Assembly (NCBI RefSeq): GCF_004010195.1
Contig: NC_057713.1
Span: 113,313,757 to 113,377,756 of the forward strand
DNA length: 64,000 nucleotides
Direction of reading: 5' to 3'
Origin: Chiloscyllium plagiosum
Taxonomy: Eukaryota
Of this stretch, positions 1 to 13,899 are shown piece by piece. Position 1 is the stretch's first letter; every line of letters begins with the position of its first letter. Below the pieces are notes generated by a model that was not told where the DNA came from, ran no database searches, and saw nothing but the letters and a program-made list of their open reading frames with translations. The position numbers and the translations under genes were made by a program.

Positions 1-208
1 CTATTGCATTCCCAATGCCCCTCCCCCAAGTCCCTCCTCCCTACCTTTTATCTTAGCCCGCTTGGCACACCCTCCTTATTCCTGAAGAAGGTCTTATGCC
101 CGAAACGTCGATTCTCCTGCTCCTTGGATGCTGCCTGACCTGCTGCGCTTTTCCAGCAACACATTTTTCAGCTCTGATCTCCAGCATCTGCAGACCTCAC
201 TTTCTCCC
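1..208 (+). mobile_element. 3' end (pseudo-LTR, family A) of a Penelope-like element with a hammerhead core at 82-109
   Basis: CTGAAGA-AGGTCTTATGCCC-GAAAC-GTC followed by the same tail as the RT/GIY-YIG element at 44436-45963. Confidence 0.8.
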
Positions 209-538
209 GACAATTGGAGAAGGCCAAGATGGATCATCTGCTTTGACACTTTTGGCTGAAGATTCCTATAAATGTTTCGGCCTTATCTTTTACACTGATG
301 TGTTGGGGTCTTATGTCATTGAGGATGGGGATATCTGTGCAGCCTCCTCCTTCAGGGAGTTGTTCAATCACTTTCTCCCGACAATTGGAGAAGGCCAAGA
401 TGGATCATCTGCTTTGACACTTTTGGCTGAAGATTCCTATAAATGTTTCGGCCTTATCTTTTACACTGATGTGTTGGGGTCTTATGTCATTGAGGATGGG
501 GATATCTGTGCAGCCTCCTCCTTCAGGGAGTTGTTCAA
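197..538. repeat. 171-bp tandem duplication (197-367, 368-538)
   Basis: Two apparently identical units; also visible as a 57-aa repeat in the spurious ORF 96-680. Confidence 0.9.
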
Positions 539-1629
539 TTGTCCACCATCATTTACCACTGGATGTGGCAAGACTGCAGAGCACAGATCTGATCTGTTGG
601 TTGTTGGATCACTTACCTCCATCTATCATTTGCTGCTTATCCTGTTTAGCATGCAAGTAGTTCTGTTTGTTGCTTCATGAGATTGATACCCCAATTTTAG
701 GTATGCCTGGTGCTGCTCCTGGCATGCCTTTCTGCACTGTCCATTGAGAGGTTGCACTGGTTAGTGCAGATCTGAGTCATACAGTGACAGATAATCACAG
801 GATCAGTAAAAAGGAAAATGTAACCATGCTCTAAAGCAATGCAGCATCAGAGTTAGATCTGTGAAAGCACAGTTCAGAAGGTAAAACAAGAAGTGGACTC
901 TTATTTTCGACTGGAAGTCCCGAATCTTCTCTTCCCCTTATGTCATACCACCCCTTCCATATACCAATAGAGTTCTGGGAAAGAAATTGAATAACAGGAG
1001 ACAAATACATCACAAAAAATGTTTGCATAAGCCAATCAGAAAATGAGAAAATGAAACATCCTCAATATTTGTCTGAAATTTTACAACAATAAGTTTAGGT
1101 GAGGAAAAGGACTGAGTTTGAGATACTGAATCAATATAGAATGGGGTTAAGCAGCTAACATTAGATATTTAAATAAAAACGCAGTAAATACTCAGCAGGT
1201 TTTGGATGATTTCTGATGGGATTTGGCTGTGGCACACATCCCAGAGATTGCAGCTTGGACTGTCAACAAATTAATTAAAGCAGTGCATATCCGTGTGGAT
1301 CCAGCCATGTCGGAGGGTCAGCTGCCCTGTAGCCTTGGCAAGCTTTTAGAGCTGTTGCTACTAAGAATGCTGGGAGTAGGGCAGGTTCATGTTAAGGGGC
1401 AATGAGAAATGATTTTAATTTGCTGGGACAAGGCAAGGGTAGACTGACCGGTAACATAAGGGGGACTGCCATCACTGCAGGAATGACCCTATGGGATTTG
1501 AGTCCTCAGGGAAGAAAGATTATCCGCTCACCCAGAAAATACTGGGAAGCAAAACTCACCGAGTAAACCCCCTAAAGGAAGGTCAGTCTGATGCCAATAA
1601 AATACCAGCATGATTAAAAACTGCCATTT

Positions 1630-1975
1630 AGGCAGCTCGGATGTTCAGTGGTTAGCACTGTGGCCTCACAGCACCCAGGGCCTGGTTTTGAATGCAACTC
1701 TGCATGATTGTCTGTGCAGAGTTTGCACGTTCTCCCTGTGTCTCTGTGGGTTTCCTGGGTGCTCTGGTTCCCTCTCACAGTCCAAAGGTGTGCAAGTTAG
1801 ATGGATTGGCCATGCTGAATTGCTCCATAGTGTACAGGGATGTTCAGACTTGGTGGGTTAATCATTCAATGTATGGTTTTGGGGATAGGGTGTCTGGGTG
1901 GGATGCTCTTTGGAAGGTTGGTGCCGACTCGATTGCCTTAATGGCCTTTTTCTGCACTGTAGGGAGTTTATGATT
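1630..1975 (+). mobile_element. HE1-type tRNA-derived SINE (degenerate)
   Basis: ggcagctcggatgttcagtggttagcactg head, V-domain-like core gagtttgcacgttctccc, CR1-derived tail. Confidence 0.8.
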
Positions 1976-2796
1976 CTAACTGGTGAGTGAAATCAGGTTA
2001 GTTGGCCACTAGTTGGTGGATTGCAGTCACTCCCACATTTCAAAATATCCTGTGATGATGAGGACAAGGATTTTCTCCTGATGCTTTCTGCTGTCACATT
2101 ACCGGTCCTCCTGCCTGCCAACCCATTTTCAGAAGCCTGGTAAATACCCTGCCAATGCTCCAGGTCGATGAGCTCTCTCCAGAATTAGTTCCAGTTCAAC
2201 CTGAAATGTTGATCTGGGTGTTCCAGTAGGTGTCAGGATTCCAAAGTTGGGCCCATAAAACTGCCTCAAGCTTGTCTATGTCATCAATGAGCAATTTCTG
2301 TAAAGCATTCCTTTATGGGATGTCAGTGTTGCTGACATGGCCAGAATGTAATACCCATCTGATGTATAAACAGCTATAATACTTTTAGATCAAGCAATAG
2401 TGTCGAAGTGGTGATATAATACAAAGTCAGCATGGTGTTAGAAATACTAACAGAAAATTCTTGGCCCTGTGAAGATGGATTTGCAATTTGTAGGTTTGGA
2501 AAAATCGTGGAATTTACATCCAGACAGCAAGCAGATAATTATGACAATTAAGGATCCAATTTGGGGTATTTTTCTGCTGTGTAATGGCTGCAAACTCAAT
2601 CAAGGTAGCTACCTAGCAGCAAGCCTGGATACCATCCCAGTGACAAGGTCCCAGGAAAGATCAGATCCAAAACAATATTTTGGAGAGATTTCCCCTAAAG
2701 AGGACCATGATAAACTTCAAGAGGATATATACGACTAGTGCAATGTGTAAACTTGTGACTAATGGAATTTAATGCTGAGACATGTGCGAAGTGGGG

Positions 2797-2967
2797 GAAA
2801 GTGAGGACTGCAGATGCTGGAGATCAGAGTCAAAAAGTGCGGCGCTGGAAAAGCACAGCCGGTCAGGCTGTTGAATGAAGATGAAGAGCTTATGCACGAA
2901 ATGTCGACTCTCTTGCTCCTCGGGTGCTGCCCGACCGGCTGTGCTTTTCCAGCGCCACACTTTTTGA
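2797..2967. mobile_element. Palindromic mini-PLE, family A
   Basis: Inverted pseudo-LTR arms (aaagtgaggactgcagatgctgg... / ...ccagcgccacactttttga); hammerhead core truncated. Confidence 0.75.
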
Positions 2968-3769
2968 TATGTGAAAACTGGTCCTTTTTGAAATGATAAA
3001 TGAGAAGAGGCAATATAGAATAAAAAATTTCATTCTGTGAGTTCATTACCCATCAAAAGAAATCAAGTAGTAATGTTTTATAAGTAGTGAATTGTTGAAT
3101 ATAGAAATGATTGGGATCATGGAGAAGATTTGACATCTAAGAAAGCCAGGATAAATGCAGAAAGAGTGAAAAAGTAAAGTTAAAAGAATGTTAAGAGAAA
3201 ATCAGAGACAGGACATGATTGTCTTTATGTCTGTGAAATTTAAGATCTAAATGATATTCGTTTTCTATTTGGCAACATTTTTGAGTCACATTGCTGTATT
3301 ATAAATATCAGACATTGTCAATCTTTTAGTGTCAGGCACTTGAGTGATTTTAAGTGAACATTTCAAATGACCTATTTTGGGGCTTCCAAAAAGAGCAACA
3401 ATGTGCATTCCTTGTTTTTTAAACAAGAGACCATATGTTTTGAAATCATATCAATTGTAGTGACATGTGATTACTACAAAATGTTTTACATACAATTTGA
3501 TGAATTACAGAATTATAGAGAAGTCTTTGTTGAATGTTGTTGGCGCAAGGTGATTAGGAAGGGGATCAATGGTTACGGAAGAAAGCAGAAGAATGGGGTT
3601 GAGAGACATATTGAAGCCATGATCGAATGATAGAGCAGACTTGATGGGCCAAACAAGTCTGCTGCTACATCTTATGGTGTTTTGATGTAAAGAGGAGATC
3701 CAGAAATTAATTGAAAGTACTATGTATAAACAGAAGTATCATCAGATGGTGACAGAATGGTGACAAGAC

Positions 3770-4400
3770 TTCAGCTTAGCCTCCCAAAGATCTGTTTAAA
3801 AACATTGTCAGCTCTTGGGACAGAATTCTCAGTGGAGGATTTGATTTGATCAGTTTGTGCTGCGATATCGCCTCAGTAGATGACCACACCATACACAATA
3901 TCTTCGTGAAGTGCACCCACACTATAAATTCACCTAAGTGGAGCAGTTTGATAACATGATTAATGATGCTACAAAGATCATAATCAAGCTGTCGGATCAT
4001 GTGCTCTCTGAAAACGAGATGTTTGTTCTTGGACATGATGTTAGTTTTGCCATGCCTTCATCCCACATTAAACAGAAAGAGATATTTCTGAGTTTGAACT
4101 TCTCCATTCCCATCTAACTCACCACAATCCATCATTCAACGCATTGTGTCCGTGAAGGTGTACCTAACTAGTCTACCGCATGTATATTGCAGGATACCCA
4201 ATGACTTGGCAAAGCATAACTGCACTGCCCTGCTTGAAAGCAAGTTATCAAAACAGTTGTTGAACTTGTGAAACAGTAACCAACTGCGTGGTGGTGTCAA
4301 TGATGGGATACATCCTACGTATGTTGCTTGAAATTTAAAGAAGTGCAGAGCAAAGGAATTTACATCAAAAGCATACATGTTGATGATAATATCAGTGTGG
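3770..4400 (+). pseudogene. Degenerate N-terminal part of a Penelope-like ORF
   Basis: Frame reading IIIKLSDHVLSENEMFVLGHDVSFAMPSSHIKQKEIF resembles the PLE N-terminal motif VxNLSxxxLSxxExxVLxxGLxFxxxP; stops and frameshifts present. Confidence 0.4.
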
Positions 4401-4774
4401 TATGATTAAGTAATCAAATGTAGAAGAGCAGAAACTCTTCTGAAGATAATGAGCATCCAGATCAAATTACAAGTAAAACGTTCTTACAGAAAGTACCATG
4501 GACTCAAACTATATACTTTGTGGAACTTTGACTACCAATGCAAACAATTTGCACCCTGTCTCCATTTTCCCATTGTCTCCTTTAATGTAATGACACTTGA
4601 TGATGATGAATGTATTGAACATAAATAATTGAAGCAAAGAAGCAAAGGGTGGGTGGGGGTGGAACATGCTAAATCCATAATGTTGAGTTCGAGTGTGTTA
4701 ATTTGTAAAGACTGGCATGATGTTTGTCTACAGTAATCAAAGTTGAAATGCTGTGAGCCTATAAATTGACTAAT

Positions 4775-7169
4775 GTGGTGTAACTGTGTTAATGTTAAAG
4801 GAGCTGAATGTTTGAAAACCTGTAACATGTTGCTCTAGATTAGAATAAATTTCTATTAGATAAGGTTAAAATTTTAGTTAAATTTGCATTGAACACATAT
4901 GAGTTGATTGCTTGAAAACAGAGAAATCAGCAGGGATGAGATTATCTTGTTTGATGATGTGCTTTCTGGGCTGAAAAGCAGGGAATTCGCTATGAAAGAT
5001 AATAAAAAATCATAATAAGGCAAGTTCAGCCGGTACAACAACTGATCAATTGCTGAGCCTTGGCAAGGCAAGTTTGGTCTATCTGGAGTCAATGCTTGTG
5101 GATAGTAAGCACTGATTGATCTATAAGGAACTGTGCCCCAACAGGATAGCTAGCTCAGTTCAGGATGAAGTAGGCTGGTCAACTAAATGGAGACCAGAAG
5201 GAGAGAACTGATCATTCCCTCTGTTATGATTATTGGACAAGCTCAAGCAGTTTTCCACACATGGACACCAGGTCCGGACAAAGTAGGTCTGGAGGCAAGA
5301 AGGTTAAACCTGATGACACTCTCTGCTTTGACTCTCAGACACATGAGTAAAGGTTTTATTGAGTACAAGTTTCTTTTTGAGTGCCAAATAAGCGTGTTTT
5401 GTGCAGACAATAATTTTGGAGTCTTGAGTTGCTGATACGTAGAGTAAACTTCTGAACTAAAAGGGGATAGGAATTTATTAAATTTATTATTTAATAGACT
5501 ACACCAAGCATGCAACAAAACATAATGTGTTAAGCCTCACTGGTGTAAGAGATTGGAAATTCTATTCCCAGAGTTAACACAAAAGTTATAGATTTTATAA
5601 AAATGTACCTGTCTTTTCAATCATGTTGACAGAAAGCAAGGACCAGATTTCTGTGTTTAACATGGATTTCTAGTTCTATTACAAATAAATAGATTCTACC
5701 TACAGGCAAACAATTATGAACCACTGACTAGAATTCTACTAGTTAAAACTCTTATGAAACCCTTATAAAACTTCCCTGACACACACATGATACACAAAAA
5801 AGAAAAGGTGTTCTGGATGAAGGGAAATTCCGAGAAGGCAGTTCGAGGTTCCCTGTCCACAGGGTTCAGTGAGATGATCCTTTTTATTTCTTAGGACATG
5901 CTTCTCCTCGTACTTCCCCTGGTACCTTCACTTACTTTCAGGAGCCATATTGATTCATTTATAAAGTCTCTGTCCTATTAGTTAACAGCCACAGTTTGCA
6001 GCAGCTCATGAAAGTAAAAAATATGGCTTTTTTCAGGCTTGAGCTTTTTTTTTAATTGTAAGAGACAGCAACTTTGTCTCCAAAGTCTGATTCATACGCA
6101 CAAACTGTTCAGCTACCTGGTTCATGGGGGAGAATCATCGTCAACTGGTCACTATTCCATTAACCAATCAGCTACTTGTTGCCAGCAGAATCTCCTTTTG
6201 TACACACCCCGGCTTCATCCCAAATACAGTCCTCACTCAATTACCTGAACAAATAGAAGTGTAATCAGAACTTACAATGAGTGTCAGGTAAGTTGATGTT
6301 AAAAGTGCAGTAATGCTTGGTTTTGAAACAGTCCTTTTCCCATAATCAAAACTGTAGAAAAATAAAAATATATAATCTTGTTAGAATCCTCACTTTTTCA
6401 TGATTTTGGTTTGGAGTGGAAGATGAATGTGGATTTTGGGACACCTTATGGAAAAGGAAACCAAAAATACCAAACAAGCTTTTGCTTGTTTGTGTGGCCA
6501 GGCCTGGAGCTGAGATAAAATTATTACTACTTATACCTCAGTGAACTGAAAAGATAACCCTAATTAATGTTTCAGGAAAGCAACCAAGGAGTCCACATCT
6601 GTGCCTGTGAAACAATGCAGTGTGAAAATTATTTAAGTAATCTGGCCAGTTTCATTCTTTTCTTTTATTTATCTCTTAACTATGTTTGTTTGTCTGTCCA
6701 AATAAAACCAAAGAACTGTGGATGCTGGAAATCAGAAACAAAACAGCAATTGCTGGGAAAACTCAGCAGACCTGACAGCACCTGTGGACAGAAGGCAGAG
6801 TTAACATTTTGGGTCCAGTCACTGTTCTTTAGTGAACTTTCCCAGCAATTTGTAATTGTCTGAATGTCTTTTGTATGAATGGGGACTCAAAATGAAGGTT
6901 TAAGCATGGACATTAATTAGATAACCTTGTTTAATTTTTGTCTGCTAAAGTTATAGTGTATTTAATAAGTTGCCAGAACTTTTGTTTACGATACAAAGCC
7001 AGTGTCTGGATTTGCTTATTCATAAAGTGTGGGATTGGTTATTTAAAAGTCTGGTGAGGAACCATTGGGGTAATTGTTGAGGATCTTCAATGGTTTTAAA
7101 GTTACTATGTTGTGAATACAGAGGTAGAAAGGCTGATTTGTTTCGATTCTCTGCCTCCATATCGTAACA
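4775..7169. mobile_element. Probable nested solo-LTR-like sequences
   Basis: Non-coding block starting TGT and ending ...atcgtaACA, with an internal segment of apparently opposite polarity from ~5528. No TSD verified. Confidence 0.3.
6700..6860. mobile_element. PLE pseudo-LTR fragment, family D (related copies near 17880-17980, 32190-32270, 36870-36960, 37827-37916, 46585-46720, 55637-55735)
   Basis: Shared motif tgctggagaaactcagcagg...ctgtggagagaaagcagagttaac; the copy at 55639 keeps CTGACGA...GAAAC. Confidence 0.55.
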
Positions 7170-8507
7170 AACTTTACAGATGGCAGTGGAAAATACAAAA
7201 TGAAGGAACAACTGAAGTGAACTCACGGTAAGGAAGACAGAACTTTCAAAGACTCATCACACCATTAGGGACATTGGTGGATCAGCAGAAAGCGGGGGAG
7301 CTGACCTAGAGATTGATGGCAGTGAGCAACAATAGCAGTAGCACATGCAGGAACATCTCCACATCTTGGCAGAAACCTGGAAATCATCTACCGTTTTTGG
7401 AAGCATTTCTGACAATTGAGGGATTACTTTAGAGCCAGGCGTGGGAAAGAGGAAGGAAAGTTTCACAAAATAGACAGCCCAGAGAAGGTTCACTGAGCTG
7501 ACATCACATACAGGACCACTGTCCTATGAGAAGTAATTTGCAAAAGAAGCAAATGTGAGGTGAGAAAGAATCCCATCACTAAGTGAATAGTTAGGATCTG
7601 GAATGCACAGTCAGGAAGATTAGTGGAGGCAGGCTTAATCGAGGTATTGAAGAAAACATTGCACAGACTTACAGTGAAAATGTAGGAAAAGGCACCATCG
7701 TAACACTTATTTGGAGAACTAGTGCAGACACAGTGGGCCAAATAGGCTTCTTCTGCACTGTAACAATTCTGTGGTTCTGCATCATATTTGCATTTTTTGA
7801 TGTTTAGAGTTATTTGACAGTGCTCATAGGAAGACAAAACGTGTTCTTTTGCTGTTCTTTCTTATGTTCTTTGATTCGTTACAATCACACTGTTCTGCTA
7901 TGTTATGCAGAATGGCATGAAATCAATGGAATTACTGAGGATATGATCAATCTATTTGCTTGTGCAGAACAAGAATAATTTTATGCATTCATAAACCATT
8001 GTGTACTCTACCACTAGATGGTGCTCAGTAATCAATAGATTTTGAAAATTCAATTAAAATGGCGTTTTTTGTGATAGGGTGTATTTTGATATTAGTCTGG
8101 AGGTCAGTTGTCCCGACAGGAGTTTTAGTCTGCCTTTTTAAAAACATTTGGCTACCTTCCAGCACTCCAGAACTATTTCAGTTTTATTTTATAAGTGCCC
8201 ATTGCACTCCCAAATGATGCAAACCAAGCTTAGTTTCCCTATCGCACAGTCCAGCAAAATACTTGAGGCAGCAAATTAAATAATGTGAAACAATCAAACA
8301 ACCACTGCAAACTGAAGTACCTACTCCTATCTACCCATGTAGGTTTACTTTATTTACCCTTTCCTAATGAAAATGGCACAACTTAGATGCTACTCAATCA
8401 GCAGCATATTACATTGAGATTGTGAACACAAACAAAAAATAATTCTGCATGCACCAATCCATGTACTGTCAGTGGGTTCAAAGTGCCATGAGCACCCTCA
8501 TTAAGTT

Positions 8508-8797
8508 TGTGATTTTTGAGACAATTTGTAGCTCAAGGTGAGGTTTAGGTTGTAAATTTGCTTCCTGAGCCAGAAGGTTTGTTTTCAGACATTTCGTCAC
8601 CATACTAGGTAACATCATCAGTGAGCCTCCGGTGAAGTGCTAGTGTTATGTCCCACTTTCTATTTTATCACATAAATAGAAAGCGGGACATAACACCAGT
8701 GCTTTGTTGGAGGCTCATTGGTGATGTTACCTAGTGTGGTGACGAAACATCTGAAAATGAACCTTCCAGCTCAGCGAGCAAACTTACAACCTGAACT
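8508..8797. mobile_element. Palindromic mini-PLE, family C, with 10-bp TSD
   Basis: ~120-bp inverted arms; TCATTAAGTT at 8498-8507 and 8798-8807; hammerhead-like core CTGATGA-T-GTTACC/GGTGAC-GAAATGTC on the minus strand at 8588-8621. Confidence 0.75.
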
Positions 8798-11754
8798 TCA
8801 TTAAGTTGGTCAAGTCCTTTCCCAGCATCATGGAAGTACTGTACTGTATTATAAACATGTGTGAGTAACCTAAGAAATCAATTGTCCATGACCAGATTCA
8901 AAATGTGCAGGCACATGGGGCACCAGTGACTCTTGGTGTTTCCCTAGATTGTGAATGCTTTTCACACTCCAGTGCAGTGAAAACTATCATTATTAGCAAG
9001 AAGAACAAACCTGAGTGTAAATGGAAGGTAAGTTCATGTTGGAAGTATTTTTGTTCAAATTACGTTGGTGCGGGTTTTCTATGCAAAATCTCATCTCAAA
9101 GGCTGAAATTAATGCAGAGATTGGGGTTTTTGGTATGTGAGGATTGAAAACTAATGAACTGCAATGACCGGGGTAGATCCCCTTACGCAGGACTTAATTA
9201 TTTTTGTATTCAAGGAGGTGCAAATAAAGTACTTATGAGAACTGTTTCAACAAAATCACTTTATCAGATCTGTTAGAAATAGCTCAGTGAAAAGCATTAT
9301 ACTGTATTCACTTCATGTCTTGCTGCATGCATATTCTTTCTGCTGCTAGAGATAGCATTTATATGATTCACAGTCTTTAGTTAAAAGCAAAAGGTGTAAT
9401 CTTACAGGGGTCTGAGTGACATGGGATATGGCAAGAAGAGAATTGAATGGGAAACCCACTGAGGTCCATCTCACCAATGAGCACATCTTGTTCCATCTTT
9501 TATGCTATTAATAAGTGACATGGCAAGTTTCTCATTAGATAGTAGTGAGTTGTGATTGAAGGGGGATTATTGCTTGTCAAATATCTTGGTAAAGGCTAAA
9601 CTCAGTTTATTAGTATTCAGCGTCCTATCTTACTATCCAAGCTAGATGTCAAGTAAACTGAGTCAGCGTCACTGATGAGCTTTTGATCCATGTTTGATGT
9701 TTGATAGGACAATAAAGGAACCAGTACACGCCGCAGTCACTCACAGACCCCTTCTATGTGTAATCTGCCATTATTTTATTGTCCGTTTACATTCTATGCA
9801 GACTGAGCTTTCTGGACACTCTAAACGAGTGATGGCATTCGAATCTTATCTCCAGGTTCCCACCTCATTGGGAAGGGCAGGCAGGATGATACATCAGTTC
9901 TGGCAAAGGAAGGAATTGTAATGAAAAGGAATCCTATGCAGGTAAGAAACGTTCACCAGCACTTTTGTTTTCTGGAAGCAATCACAGTGATGGTGAGGGA
10001 ATCTGGAAAGACTGCTCACCAAGTGTCTCCCTCTTAACCAGTTGCTGCATCTGAGAGACTGCAGTGAAGTGAGTTTTCCAAAAGACATGAGGGCAGATCA
10101 GGGTAAAAATGTCTGAAGCAGTCAGCAGCAGAGCAATAGTCCCCTCAACATGGACTGAATGTGTCAAAGAATCCAGGACATCAGAAATGTGGGAAAGACT
10201 ATTGGTGTAACACTTTCAAGTGTAAATTCTCATTCTGACTTTTCCAACATGCTCTGACACAGAACTCTTCAGGACAACATGCCTTGCAGATCCAGCCATT
10301 CCTCTCATTCTAAAAGCACCTCACATCCTCCATTCTATCAGTCAACACTCAGCCTGTTGGCCCTTGCCCTTTACCTCATGATCATCAACCAAGTGTTGTC
10401 CCTCTCTATTATTCACACATCCACATAATCGCAACACTCATGACTCTCTGCCATTTCACTTTTCAGGAGAACAAAATACATAACCTCTGGGCCAGGCAGA
10501 GATCCCTCAACGTTGACGGGGAGGTGGGGATGGGGTTGGGGGTGTTGGTGGAACTGCCCTCCTGACATCCGCATGCTCCACTGAGATGGGATCTTGTTCA
10601 GGAGGCTGCAGATATCAGCAGTGACCTGTCATGAAAGCCTGAGTGTCCTGAGGTGTCAGACATATTGAGAGAACTCAACCATTGCCAATAGATTGCATGG
10701 TCGAATGTTGCCTCCTTTCCACTGGATCTCAGTCTCCATCACCTCTATCCTCAGCAAGGACAAGGGCTTGAGGAAAAGGCAGTGGGATTTATCGAGGGTG
10801 TTTCTCCAGCTGCAGCTGTGATGTTGATGTTCAGTTTTGCTCATTCCTCACTAGTGATGGAAAGTGGAACTGAATAAGCAGGGCTGTCAGTGGGGAAGTG
10901 CAACTGAAGGTGAGTGAAGTGAAAGACAGGTTGGGACCTACTAAAAAATTGGCAATCATCTGTCAAGTAGCATTCTTTCAGAGAAGCTGTACTGTGGGCA
11001 GCTGCTCTTTACCTGCAGCAGTTTTTCAGTTTCACTCTTCAAAGTATTCCCACCTTGTTAATTTAACTGAAGGAGCATATCCCACTCTCCGTGTATCTTG
11101 GTGCCCTGGCAAATTATTGACAGACAGTAAGCAGGTCTCCCTGGTTGTTAAAGCCAGAATACACAAGGGCTCTTGTGATGCTGTGGTAACCTTTGAACCA
11201 AGAGGCCTAGGTTCAAGTCTCACTTTTTACAGAGGCGTACTTGTATTTTTGATCAGGTTGATAAGAAAATATATTTTAAAAGTCTATAAAGGTAAAACAA
11301 CAGTCAAGTTATAAAATCTAAATTCCAGACCCAACATTAACTCACCAACTCACCTACAAACATGCCCCATGAAACCTGGAAGGGCACAAGATGATATTGG
11401 GACAGTGATTCAACATCATTTTTATGCGATTTAACTCACCACCACATATATTGAGAAGATCATGTATCTTAGTTTTAACATGAGTGATGTAAGTGGTAAA
11501 ACTGCATCTGGAATCTTGGCCTGGATTTTCTGATGGCCAGGCAGTCATTGGAGCAGTGTAGACTAGAGTTGTGCATTGGCACCATTTGCAATCCCTTGGA
11601 ATTACCCAGGAAATTGAATTATGAATTGCTCAGGAAATTGAGTTATCTGGCAGGCTATATCAGGTTCCCCTATATCTGGAACCCTCTGAAAGAGTCTGTT
11701 AAAGTCAGGGAATTTGAAGGGTTTGCCTCACTGTAACTAATAGTTACCCAGAAT

Positions 11755-12575
11755 TATCAGATCGAATGGATCGGTTGGAGAAATAGTTAGAAGCAATGAG
11801 GAATTTGCAACAACAACAGTATGTGATAGATGGCAGTTATAGGAAGGGGGGAAAGTCTCAGATACAGTCACATAGATGGGTTAACTTCAGGAAAGGTAAG
11901 AGAAGTAGGCAGCTAGTGCAGGAGTCTTTTGTGGCTATACCCATTTCAAACAAGTATGATGTTTTGGAAAGTATAGGGGGCGGATGGATTCTCGGGGGAG
12001 CGTAGCACAAACAGCCAAGTTTCTGGTATTGAGACTGGCTCTAATGGAATGAGGGGTATGTCGGGTTCCAAGAGATCAATTATGTTAGGGGATTCTCTAG
12101 TCCGAGGTACAGACAGACGTTTCTGGGGCCAGCAGTGAAAAATCAGAATGGTGTGTTGCTTCCGTGGTGCCAGGATCAAGGACGTCTCAGAGAGAGTGCA
12201 GAATGTTCTCACGGGGGTGAGGGGCCATCAAGAGGTCATTGTCTATATTGGAACCAACGACATAGGAATGGAAAAGGTTGAGAATCTGAAGGGAGATTAC
12301 AGAGAGTTAGAGGTCCTCGAGAGTAGTAATATCTGGATTACTTCAGTACTTCAAGCTAGTGAGGGCAGGTATAGGAGGATAGAGCAGATGAATATATGGC
12401 TGAGGTGCTGGTGTATGGGAGAAGGATTTACATTTTTGGATCATTGGAATCTCTTTTGGGGTAGAAGTGACCTGTGCAAGAAGGACGGATTGCACCTAAA
12501 TTGGAAGGGGATTAATATACTGGCACGGAGATTTGTTGGAGCTGCTCGGGAGGATTTAAACTAGTAAGGTGGGGG
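11755..12575 (+). mobile_element. CR1/HER1 LINE ORF1 (SGNH esterase) remnant
   Basis: Motifs LGDSLVR, IGTNDIG, DGLHLN; contains a stop and frameshifts. Confidence 0.85.
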
Positions 12576-12576
12576 G

Positions 12577-13810
12577 CCATGCCTCTCATCATATTGTACA
12601 CCTCTATCAAGTCACGTCCCATTTTTCATTGTTCCAAGGAGAAAAGCCCTAGCTCTCTCAACTTTACTTTGTAAGACATCCCCTCCAGTTTAAGCAGCAT
12701 CTTGGTAAATCTCCTCGGCACCCTCTTCGAAGCCTCAACGTCTTTCCAGTAATGAGGCGACTAGAACACAACACAATATTCTAAGTGTAGTCCCACCAGA
12801 GCTTTTTGGTGCTGCAGCATAACCTTGCGGCTCTTAAACTCAGTCTCAGGCTAATGAAAACATCATACATCTTAATAACCTTATCAACTTGGGTGACAAC
12901 CTTGAGCGTCCTATGACATGGACCACACGACCTCTATGGTCCTCCACACTGCCACTAATCCTTATTTTAACCGTGCATTCTGCATTCAAATTCGACCTTC
13001 CGAAATGAGTCACTTCACACGTATCCCGGTTGAACTCCATCTGTCATGTACCAGCCCAGTTCTGCATCCTGTCAATGTCCAATTGCAACTTACAACAGCC
13101 CTCCACACCACACATAACTCCATTGTAAAACTTACTAAAGCACCCTTTCACTTTATCATCCAAGTCATTTTAAAAAATTACAAAGAACAGCAATCCCAGA
13201 ACCGATTCCTGCAGAATGCCACTGGTCACCGAGCTCCAGGTTGAATACTTTCCATGTTCTACCACCATCGGTTTTCTACAGGCCAGACAATTCTGTATCC
13301 ACACAGACAGATTTCCCCGTTTCCCTACATCCCACGCCTCCTTATTTTCTGAATGAGCCGATCTTAGAGTAATTCATCAATCACCTTGCTAAAATCCATA
13401 TACATCACATCCACTGCTCTACCTTCATCAATGTGTTTGATCCCATCCTGAAAGAATTCAATAAGATGTGTGTGGCATGCCTTACCCCTCAAAAAGCCAT
13501 GCTGACTATTTCTAATCAAACTATGATTTTCCAAGTAATCATAAATTCTGTCTCTCAGAATCCTTTCCAATACTTTACCCAAGACAGAAGTAAGACGGTT
13601 TGACCTGTATTTCGCAGGATTATCCCTATTGCCTTTCCTGAACAAGGGAATAACGTTTTCAACCCTGCAATCATCAAGCAATACTTCACTGGACAGTGGG
13701 GATGCAAAGATCATCGTCAAAGGCGCAGCAAACTCTTCCCTCACTTCCTCTGGTAACCTCGGGTGCTTCCAGTATGGTCCAGGGGACTTATCTATCCTTA
13801 TTTTTGTACT
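12577..13810 (-). mobile_element. CR1/HER1 ORF2 (RT) remnant
   Basis: NVIPLFRKG, QHGFLRGK..LIEFF, VDVMYMDFSK, MEFNRDTCEVTHFG. Confidence 0.85.
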
Positions 13811-13899
13811 TCAATCAGTCTGTACTTCACTTAACTTTGTCTACTCAGTCCCAGAGTTGCAGTTCTCGTTCATGGAAATTCAGCTTGATAACAAACAGT

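Noticed and set aside
96-680. 194-aa ORF with an internal repeat
   Set aside because: It starts in a PLE pseudo-LTR and stays open only because the 171-bp duplication is a multiple of 3; not a gene.
2797-2967. Hairpin elements read as DNA-transposon MITEs or CRISPR-like repeats
   Set aside because: The arms match the pseudo-LTR of the RT/GIY-YIG PLE, TSD lengths vary, and there is no repeat-spacer array.
9660-10850. Possible Harbinger Myb-like remnant (similar texture at 49330-50900)
   Set aside because: Only a vague motif resemblance and no TIRs identified; too weak to call.
11755-13810. CR1 ORF1 (+) abutting ORF2 (-) as a twin-priming inversion
   Set aside because: Cannot be distinguished from two independent insertions; no TSD or subfamily evidence.
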